Shown in pieces: positions 42,615 through 50,495 of a stretch of 50,495 nucleotides of DNA (within the stretch, counting starts at the first letter, position 1; the number at the start of each line of letters is the position of its first letter). The DNA is taken from the NCBI GenBank assembly GCA_013416795.1, contig RQSC01000798.1:1-50495 (forward strand), given 5' to 3'. The stretch comes from Prasinococcaceae sp. CCMP 1430 (Eukaryota; Plantae; Prasinodermophyta). The position numbers and the translations under genes were made by a program. The notes under the pieces were generated by a model. That model was given only the letters and a program-made list of their open reading frames with translations, was not told the DNA's origin and did not search any database.

Positions 42615-43309
42615 CGCGCGGCGACAGGGACAGCCACACGCCACACGCGAACGCGTGCGGGCAGCGCGCGCGCAAAAGTGCGGGCAACGAGAGAGCCCGC
42701 GCCAGACAGCTACCAGCTCGCTTGCGCGAACGCGCGCGCGCGCGCACGCGGCCCCGCCGTCCTCGTCGAACGCCCCGTGCACGCCACCGGCGCCCGCCTG
42801 CCCTCTCGCGCACGCGGCCGCGCGGCACGGCGCGCCGCCGTGACCAAGCCCAAGCTCCACACCCTGCCCTCGCCCTCCCCCCCCTTCCCCGCTCGAGCAT
42901 GCGTTTCGCTCTCCGTTTGGCTTCGTGTAGACCCTTTCCCAGGCGAAAACCCCATTTCCGCCATTAGGGGCGCGCGGCGCCGCCCGCCCCGCGCCCGCCC
43001 CTCGCACGGGCTCCGCCACGCGGCCACGGGCGACGAAGGACTCGGGACGTGTCGGCGCTGGAGGGCGGGGGCGCGTACGGCGCGCGGCGTGTGCCACCTC
43101 CCCCCCCCCACACACACACACACATCAACGCGCGCTGTGCGCCGTTCCTTCCCATCAAACCCATCAAACTAGCAAGAGGCTTGCACGTGCACAAATGCTG
43201 GGTTGCGACCGCATCGCGGAGGCCTTCGCAGAGGGCGTGCCCGCGCTCTCGACGCGGGCGGAGGAGCGCGTCTCATTACCGTGCGCAGCTCGCGCGCGCC
43301 GCGCGCCGC

Positions 43310-44982
43310 TCAGCCCGCGGGGCGGTGCTTGTGCTTCTTGTGTCTCTTCTTGGCGTGCTTGGCCCCCTTGGCTTTGGCGACACCGCCTGCTGGTGGGACG
43401 CCCCCGCCCGCCATGCTCTTGCTGAGCGCGAGCCAGTTCGACTGGCCGGCCTTGGCGGCGCGCACAGTCTTCTTGCTCGCACCCTCGCCGGCGCTGCGCT
43501 CCGCGAGCAGCGACCGCACGGCACGCACCGCCTGCAGGAGCTCGCGAGCCGCTGCCTCGCCCTGGAGCGGGCAAGGGATTGGTCTCGCCTCGCGCGGCAT
43601 TGTCGCCCACTGGCTGTCCGATTCCCGCTCCTGCCACGCCCTTCGCTTCAGGGCGCGCGATTCGAGCGCCGACGCGAGCACGCCGCACGCGGCGGTGTGC
43701 TCCTTCGGAACAGCCCCCGTGCCGCCTCGCGCCGTCCGGGCGAGCGCCTTGACGACGGCCAGCGTGCGCGCCTCAAGCCGCGCGTGCCACGCGCGCATCC
43801 GCTTGATTGGCTGGTGCCACCAAGGGAGCTGGCGGGCGTTCAGCGCGCCTTGGATCCACCACTGCCGCAGCCACTCGCTCTCCAGCTCTGAGAGCAGCTC
43901 CTGCTCCGCCTTCAGCTGCTTAAGGTTTGACAGCAGCGGCGCAACCTCAGCCTCGGCGACGGAGGTCTCTGCACCCTCGTCCGCCGCGCCTCGTGCCTGG
44001 CTGTCCTCCACCCCGACGACGTCGGCCCCCAGCGTCTCCGTCGCCTTCTCGTGCAGGTACCCCCAGCAGCCGCCCTCCTCGCGCGCGACGCGGTGTGTCG
44101 ACGAATGCCTGACGGTGTTGGGCGTGTGGCTGGCCAGCACTGCGTGCTCGTGGAAATGATTGAAGTCGTCACACAGGTGGTAGCAGCTGTCGCTCGGCAG
44201 CTCGGCGACGATCGCGGGCGTGCGCTTGCCCTCGGGCTCGCCGCTCACGCGGAGCGCGACGCGCCAGCCGCAGGCACCCCCTTCCCCCGCCTCTTGCTCG
44301 CCGATGCCCTCGTCCTCGTCCAGCGCACGCACGTTGTGGAAGACCGAGATGGTGGAGAAGTCCACCAGGCCGGAGTCCGCATGCCACGAGACCGAGGCAG
44401 GCCCCAGCTCGTACAGCGGCTCCGGCCGCAGCGACTTCTCCGAGGCGTTCACCATGCGGTTGATGAGGGTCAGGTTGAAATCAGCCCGCCCGCCGCCGCC
44501 GCCCTCCCCGCGCAGCTCCACGCAGTGCTCGGCCGCGCGCCGCGACAGCCACGCGTTCAGCTCGCCGATCGTCCGCAGCGCCTCCGCGCCCTCGGCGCCC
44601 ACGCCCGCTCCCGCGAGCGCCTCGCCGCTCCACGGGTGCGCGAAGAGGCGCAGGCCGAGGTATTTGTACGTGATCCCCGCCTCGCCGATGAGCATCCGCG
44701 TCACGGATGTCTTCGTGACGCCCCCCTTGCTGCCTGCCGACACCATGTCGTACGTGAACATGCCGCTTCGCTCGAGCGCGTCGAACGCCTCGGCGAACCT
44801 GGCGCGCACCGCCGCGGGCACGTCCCGCGGCGCGTCCACGGCGAAGCCCTTGTACGCGACCGACAGCGCCTCCGTGTACGCCGCGCCGTCTGAAGGCGCG
44901 AGCACGCGCCCCGCAGCCGACGGGAGGTAGGAGGTCGGCCGCTGCGACGTGGCGGCGGTGCCGCGGCGGCGCGCGAGCGCGG
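43310..44982 (-). CDS. FTO: FTO alpha-ketoglutarate-dependent dioxygenase (RNA demethylase family); 5' end in gap
   Basis: RMLIGEAGITYKYLGLRLFAHPW, FNLTLINRM, VSWHADSGL (HxD), DDFNHFHEHAVLA, RHSSTHRVA; CTD ELESEWLRQWWIQG. Confidence 0.96.
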
Positions 44983-45704
44983 NNNNNNNNNNNNNNNNNN
45001 NNNNNNNNNNNNNNNNNNNNNNNNNNNNNNNNNNNNNNNNNNNNNNNNNNNNNNNNNNNNNNNNNNNNNNNNNNNNNNNNNNNNNNNNNNNNNNNNNNNN
45101 NNNNNNNNNNNNNNNNNNNNNNNNNNNNNNNNNNNNNNNNNNNNNNNNNNNNNNNNNNNNNNNNNNNNNNNNNNNNNNNNNNNNNNNNNNNNNNNNNNNN
45201 NNNNNNNNNNNNNNNNNNNNNNNNNNNNNNNNNNNNNNNNNNNNNNNNNNNNNNNNNNNNNNNNNNNNNNNNNNNNNNNNNNNNNNNNNNNNNNNNNNNN
45301 NNNNNNNNNNNNNNNNNNNNNNNNNNNNNNNNNNNNNNNNNNNNNNNNNNNNNNNNNNNNNNNNNNNNNNNNNNNNNNNNNNNNNNNNNNNNNNNNNNNN
45401 NNNNNNNNNNNNNNNNNNNNNNNNNNNNNNNNNNNNNNNNNNNNNNNNNNNNNNNNNNNNNNNNNNNNNNNNNNNNNNNNNNNNNNNNNNNNNNNNNNNN
45501 NNNNNNNNNNNNNNNNNNNNNNNNNNNNNNNNNNNNNNNNNNNNNNNNNNNNNNNNNNNNNNNNNNNNNNNNNNNNNNNNNNNNNNNNNNNNNNNNNNNN
45601 NNNNNNNNNNNNNNNNNNNNNNNNNNNNNNNNNNNNNNNNNNNNNNNNNNNNNNNNNNNNNNNNNNNNNNNNNNNNNNNNNNNNNNNNNNNNNNNNNNNN
45701 NNNN

Positions 45705-45885
45705 GCACGCGCACGCGCACGCGCACGCGCACGCGCACGCGCGCGCGCGCGCAAGCACGCGGCACACGCGCAGGTCCGCCCATCCGCCCGCCCACACACA
45801 CACACACGCGCGCGCGCGCGCATACACACACACGCGCGCACACGCACACACACACACACACACACGCACACACACACACGCACCC
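45705..45885. repeat. Compound (GCACGC)n/(GC)n/(CA)n microsatellite
   Basis: Direct reading; adjoins a gap. Confidence 0.9.
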
Positions 45886-46417
45886 GCGCGCGTACGCCCG
45901 CGCCGCGAGCAGCGCCAGCCAGCGCCCAGCGCCGACCGGCCAGCGCGCGCCGACCCTTCCTTCCTTGTCATGTAACACTCTGCTCACGCACCCATCCCTG
46001 GTGTTTCATTTTTTGAGGGTGCGAGCGAATACAGGATTGCCGATGTGGCTACTACGGAGGGGGGGGCCTGTACAGTTGAGTCTAGAGTCTCGTGTATCAC
46101 AATGAAAGCGCAATGCAAAATGAAACGAATTGCGTTCCTGTTTGGCAAAGCAAGACCAGGCCCCGAAAGGGGCCGTGTCAGGCAGTCAGCCAGGAGGGGG
46201 CCGGCGAATCAAGGGGTGCCAGACCATGCATTGCTATGGAAATAGATAAAAAGCTTAGTAGGAGAACACGGGGCACCCCTAAGAGCAGAGCCCTCCTCGC
46301 TGGTTCCTGTACCCGCGCATTGGTATGTACCTGGTACTATTGTACAGCAGGCCAGGTACTGTACTGTACTACGATGAGGGTCCTCCATATTATGCATGTC
46401 GAGCCGCGCGCGCTCGC

Positions 46418-46668
46418 TTTCCCGCCGCCCGCGCGCGCGAACGCGCGGCGAAAACCGCGCGGCGAAAACCGCGCGCGCGCGGACGCGGGCGCGCGCGCGA
46501 AAGGCAAGGGGCGAAAAAGGCCGGTTGGGGGATTCCGCGATCTCCCGCGCCAGAACCCGGGGTGGAATCCGTGAGATTCGCATGAGTGTACGTTACATCC
46601 GGGGGGAGGGCGGGTGAATGTGGTTGAATCCGTGCGAATCCATCCCATCGCCGCGCGTTTTTTCGCGC
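46418..46668. promoter_or_regulatory. Cluster of E2F consensus sites upstream of the CXC gene
   Basis: TTTCCCGC 46418-46425, GCGCGAAA 46495-46502, TTTCGCGC 46661-46668; 14-bp tandem CGCGCGGCGAAAAC x2 at 46442-46469. Confidence 0.5.
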
Positions 46669-46745
46669 GCGCGGCGGCGCGGGCCACACGGCGCGCGGGC
46701 GGCGGGGTGGGCGCGTGGGTGTGTAGGGGGGAGGCGCTGGCGGCC

Positions 46746-49007
46746 ATGCAGCCGCCGGATGGGGAGGCGTACCGGACGCCGGAGCGGCCGAAGCGCGGCG
46801 GCTGCGGCAGCGCGAAGAAGGCGCGGAAGAAGTCGCGCAGCTCGCGCGGCCCCAGGCAGCAGAGCTGCTCCATGCCCAAGTTCATGAAGTCGCGCTGGCG
46901 CAGCACGTCCGCCGGCCAGAGCGCCGCCCACGCGGCATCGCGGGCGGCGGCCGCGTCGCCGCGCGCGAGCGNNNNNNNNNNNNNNNNNNNNNNNNNNNNN
47001 NNNNNNNNNNNNNNCCGGGCGGGCCGGGCGGCGGTGGCGCGTGGGGGCGCGCACGCGCCCGTCAATTGCAGCCGGTCGTGCACGCAGGATCGACCGCCCG
47101 CGTGCTCGCGCGCCGCCCTCTCGGAGCCTGCCGCTGAGAGGCGAAGAGGCCGCCAACGCCGATCCGACGCGCTGACCACCCCCCCCCCCCTCCCCCCCGC
47201 CCACCCGCGCGCGCGCCCGCAGGAGAGCCCGAGCTTCGCGCAGTTCTGCAACGCGCTCAGCCCGTTCACGCCTTTCGCGAACAAGGTCGCCTTCCAGCCG
47301 AGCGTGCAGATGTACGAGATGGCGATCCTTTCGCCCGGCGGCACCCCGACCCGCACCCCGACCCGCGCGGGCCTCAAGGGCAAGGCCGCGGCAACACCGC
47401 CGACCGCGCTGTCGCCGCCGTCGACGGCGGTGCTCAGCACCCTAAGCCCGCCGCCCATAGGCGCGCTGCTGGCCAGCGGGCTCGGCGCGGCGGGCGTCGG
47501 CATCCTCGGCGGCATGGGGCCCCTCGTTCCGAGCGCTGTGGTGGACGCCGGTCTCGAGGATCTCGACAGGCAGATTGCCGCAGGCGCGGCGACGTCGCTG
47601 GGGGCCACCGACGCCGCGGTAGCGATGGCTGACACAGCGGCTCTTGCTGGGGCGACCGGGCCCTTCAGCGACGCGGTTGGCCCGGGGCTGGGCGCCAATG
47701 CAATGGCCATGGGCATCGCAGGGCCGCCCGTGGTCGCCGAGGCGCCCGCCCCCGCGCCGCGCAAGAGGCCGAGCAGGGCGAAGAAGACCGAGGATGCGGG
47801 GGGTGCGAGCGGCGGCACGGCAGCAGCGACGGCTGCGGATGAGGCCGACGCGGGCAAGAGGGTGAAGAAGCCGCGCTCGAAGGCCGCGGGCGCCGCAGCG
47901 GGCGCGTCGGGGCCCTCGCGCCCCGCGGGCGGCAGCAGTCGGTCAGGGCAGCGATCGACGCCGCAACAGCGCAGTCGCACACTGCAATTCGGGCCGGGCG
48001 CGGTCGCGGAGGAGGAGGCGGTCGCGCTCACGCCGATAATGCACACGCCAGCGCAGCGCGCGGGCGAGGCAATGGCGCCGCCGCCCAGCGGGCTGTCGCC
48101 TCTGGAGGAGATCATCACCGCGCGGGGGACGGGGCGCTCGCCGCGCTCACGCCGCGCACCTGTACGCAGCGGCTCGAGCAAGCGCGTGGTCGGCCCGGTG
48201 GCGACGGCGCCCGGGGCGGAGCTCGACGGCGGCGTCTCGCTGCTGAAGGTGGGGGGCGGCAGATCGGCGCAAATGGCGGTCGGACAGGGAGCCGAGGGCG
48301 GCACACCGGGCCGTCAGGTGGCGCCGGCGACGGAAGGCTGCAAAAAGTGCAACTGCCGCAAGTCGAAGTGCCTGAAGCTGTACTGCGAGTGTTTCTCCGC
48401 TGGCGTCTACTGCGACGGCTGCGCGTGTCAGAATTGCTTCAACACCCCCGAGCACGCCGAGCTCGTCAAGCAGACGCGCGCCAACATTATGCAGCGCAAC
48501 CCGCATGCATTCGCGCCCAAGATCGTGGGCCTCGACACGTTCGCCACCCCGGCAAGGCACAAAAAGGGTTGCAACTGCAAGAAGTCGTTCTGCCTCAAGA
48601 AGTACTGCGAATGCTTCCAGGCGGGCGTCAAGTGCACGGATGTGTGCGGCTGCGAGAACTGCAAGAACTTCGAGGGCGCGCCGCCGCCCCCGAGCAACTT
48701 GGGCAAGGGTAGCTCGTCGGGCGAGCGGCGCAAGTCGGGGTCGAAATCGGGCACGCGCTCAGGCACGCCGCGCTCGCGCTCGGGCGCGCGCACCTCGCCG
48801 CGCTCTCGGGAAATCGCCGCCGCGGCTGCTGCAGGGGCGCTGTCGCCGGTGACGCCGATGGCCGCGACCACAAATGGCAGCGGCCGGGCGGTCGGGGGAG
48901 CTGCGGACGCCGTGCTGCTGGGGGCTGGCATGAACTCCCTGCCGCTGCCGTCGGCAGAACAGATCGTGGTCCCTTTCAACGAGACGGACACCATGGCCGT
49001 CTTTTGA
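46746..49007 (+). CDS. Tesmin/TSO1-like CXC-domain protein (LIN54/DREAM subunit); main exon 47223-49007
   Basis: [32 protein letters not shown] hinge, [26 protein letters not shown]; N-terminal TPER and [14 protein letters not shown] motifs. Confidence 0.93.
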   Translation: MQPPDGEAYRTPERPKRGGCGSAKKARKKSRSSRGPRQQSCSMPKFMKSRWRSTSAGQSAAHAASRAAAASPRASXXXXXXXXXXXXXXXRAGRAAVARGGAHAPVNCSRSCTQDRPPACSRAALSEPAAERRRGRQRRSDALTTPPPLPPAHPRARPQESPSFAQFCNALSPFTPFANKVAFQPSVQMYEMAILSPGGTPTRTPTRAGLKGKAAATPPTALSPPSTAVLSTLSPPPIGALLASGLGAAGVGILGGMGPLVPSAVVDAGLEDLDRQIAAGAATSLGATDAAVAMADTAALAGATGPFSDAVGPGLGANAMAMGIAGPPVVAEAPAPAPRKRPSRAKKTEDAGGASGGTAAATAADEADAGKRVKKPRSKAAGAAAGASGPSRPAGGSSRSGQRSTPQQRSRTLQFGPGAVAEEEAVALTPIMHTPAQRAGEAMAPPPSGLSPLEEIITARGTGRSPRSRRAPVRSGSSKRVVGPVATAPGAELDGGVSLLKVGGGRSAQMAVGQGAEGGTPGRQVAPATEGCKKCNCRKSKCLKLYCECFSAGVYCDGCACQNCFNTPEHAELVKQTRANIMQRNPHAFAPKIVGLDTFATPARHKKGCNCKKSFCLKKYCECFQAGVKCTDVCGCENCKNFEGAPPPPSNLGKGSSSGERRKSGSKSGTRSGTPRSRSGARTSPRSREIAAAAAAGALSPVTPMAATTNGSGRAVGGAADAVLLGAGMNSLPLPSAEQIVVPFNETDTMAVF
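46800..46971 (-). other. Orphan fragment of a lycopene cyclase C-terminal region
   Basis: [43 protein letters not shown] matches the plant LCY pattern LWP.ER.RQR.FF.FGM..L..L.....R.FF.AFF.L. Confidence 0.7.
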
Positions 49008-49567
49008 TGCCCCGGCCACGCAGCAGCTGCTCTAGAGAAGAAACACAGAAACATGCACCGCGCGTCGGGCGGCGTCGTGATTATTTGCGACGGCGACAAG
49101 GCAGGCGGTGTTGGCCACATCTTCGCGCGTCGCTGCAATGGCGACGCGCCATCACCTAGGACGATGGGATGAGGATGCGGATGGGAATGGGATTGCTGTG
49201 CTCTGATCCTCACGGGATCACAACGACCGGACGCGCGTGCACAGTACGTACGCTTAACTGCCGGTGGTCGCGTCGGCCCGCTCGTGGCCGAGGGCGCGCG
49301 CAGCGCCTGTGATATCACAACATTGTTGGGACTGACAGTCCAACACCTGCTCGAGCGACGCGCGCCTCGCTGGGGCGTCGTCGTGAGAGGCTTAGATGCC
49401 ACTAATATGCACACTGTTTGCTGCCGATGCCACACGAGTGGCGGTTTACATGAATCCACTGCGCGCGCGCGCCCCTGCCCCGCGCGCGCTGGCCGTGGGC
49501 CAGCGCGTGAGCCGAGCGCCCCTTTCCGTCCGCACGAGCACCCTGCACGGCCGTGCAGGCCGTCCGT

Positions 49568-50494
49568 CTACTTCGCAGCCTGCCCGACGATCTTGAAGCC
49601 CATGCGCTCGCCCTTCTCGGCCTTCTTCTCCTCGCGCTCGCGCCACAGCTTGGCGTGCTTGGGGCAGAACGCGAAGGTGACGCCGCCTGCGCCGTCCTTG
49701 CCCTCGCGGAACTCGAGCGCCGCGCCGGCTTCTTGGCCGCACGTCACGTGGAAGGCCTCCTTGCACCCAGGCTCAGCACAGCTCACGCACGCGCCGCCCG
49801 GCTTGCGGCAGAGCGTGCAACGCATTTGTCGTCGCCGCGGCGGCACGCGACTGATGTCGATTGGCTCGCGACCCTCAGGGTGGTGAAAGTAGCACTCGGG
49901 CACGTACAGCGCGCAGTTCAGGTGCGCCCAGCGCCCGTCCGTTGTGCGCTTCATGGCGCCCCCTCCGCGCAGGCACAGCCCACATCGCGGCCGCTTCGCG
50001 CCCGCGGCGCGGTGTTTGACCCCCTTGCCGCAAATAGCGGTGTCGACGCCCGGCGGGCCGGCGTGCACTCGCTTGCTGCCGCCGCTCGCAGCGGCGACTT
50101 TGGAGGGCCCCGCCCTGCTGGCGCGGCACGCCTCGCAGTACCACTCCTCGTCGCCCTCGGGCACCCGCCTCGACAGTGGGAAGCCATAGCAGCTCGCGTG
50201 CACCGTCATGTCACACCCGTCGCAGAACACGATGGGGTCGCGGCGGTGCGCGTCGCCCTGATTGCACACGGCGCAGTAGATGCCGTCGTCGTTGTCCGTC
50301 AGGTACGCCTCCGAGTCGGAGTCAGAGTCGACGCCCATGTCCGCCGCAGGCTCGGCATTTCCGGGTTTCTTCCCCCCCCTCTTGGCCGCGGGAGGCGTCG
50401 TGGCAGCAGCCGCAGCGGCGGCTGCGACGGCCGCCTGCCGGCGCGGCCGCTCGTCGCGCTCGCGCTCGCGCTCGCGCAGCTCGGCGGGCGCCAT
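49568..50494 (-). CDS. PHD finger plus extended PHD (PZP module; Jade/BRPF/AF10-like) chromatin reader; may extend beyond the window
   Basis: CAVC...IVFCDGCDMTVHASCYG...WYCEAC; CGLC...GGAMKRTTDGRWAHLNCALYVPE...CTLC...GACVSC...C...FHVTC...FCPKH. Confidence 0.93.
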   Translation of the reverse strand: MAPAELRERERERDERPRRQAAVAAAAAAAATTPPAAKRGGKKPGNAEPAADMGVDSDSDSEAYLTDNDDGIYCAVCNQGDAHRRDPIVFCDGCDMTVHASCYGFPLSRRVPEGDEEWYCEACRASRAGPSKVAAASGGSKRVHAGPPGVDTAICGKGVKHRAAGAKRPRCGLCLRGGGAMKRTTDGRWAHLNCALYVPECYFHHPEGREPIDISRVPPRRRQMRCTLCRKPGGACVSCAEPGCKEAFHVTCGQEAGAALEFREGKDGAGGVTFAFCPKHAKLWREREEKKAEKGERMGFKIVGQAAK

Positions 50495-50495
50495 C

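Noticed and set aside
46205-46290. TPP riboswitch suggested by AGGGGTGC
   Set aside because: The CTGAGA and ACCTGAT core motifs are missing on both strands.
46071-46368. Tc1/mariner-like element (TA-CAGTTGA ... ACTG-TA) and scattered TACAGTA footprints (24524, 28932, 39808)
   Set aside because: Only 4-6 bp of terminal inverted match and no transposase; such short words occur by chance in AT-richer intergenic DNA.
1-50495. CRISPR array, tRNA, rRNA, transposase or reverse transcriptase
   Set aside because: No spaced direct repeats, cloverleafs, rRNA motifs or DDE/RT motifs were seen.

Overview
Gene-dense, very GC-rich eukaryotic nuclear DNA with short spliceosomal introns (GTGCGY/GTGAGC donors, GCTGAC/CTAAC branch sites, mostly YAG acceptors). 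Gene content (FTO, plant-type MICU, TFIIB and TSO1-like CXC protein, organellar RsmH, a selenoprotein) suggests a marine prasinophyte-grade green alga; this is inference. About 23 protein-coding genes are recognisable, plus three orphan fragments: LRR protein, twin-telobox Myb, KXD1-like, RsmH, MGST3, YchJ/SEC-C, serine carboxypeptidase, MICU, Ytp1-like membrane protein, 2OG-Fe(II) oxygenase, sulfotransferase, BUD13, alpha/beta hydrolase, AhpC/TSA selenoprotein, TFIIB, CLPTM1, DUF2470, long coiled-coil, Tudor-like, polycystin-like channel, synaptotagmin, FTO, CXC protein and PHD/ePHD protein. The best-supported hidden signal is a peroxiredoxin-like selenoprotein (UxxC, in-frame TGA at 22419-22421) with a clear type II SECIS at about 21770-21853, which the ORF track splits in two. 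Other leads: an in-frame TAG separating a DUF2470 domain from a C-terminal membrane anchor; a long structured hairpin, a GTAC cluster and E2F sites between FTO and the CXC gene; a polycystin-like channel with a somatomedin-B-like insert; and telomere-like motifs flanking a 2.5 kb island. The assembly is a draft (N gaps at 2435-2710, 19503-19992, 20541-20544, 26322-26384, 29378, 44983-45704, 46972-47014). Several chimeric or collapsed junctions fall at low-complexity GC tracts, so the structural oddities need read-level checks. Family calls come from motif recognition, not database searches.
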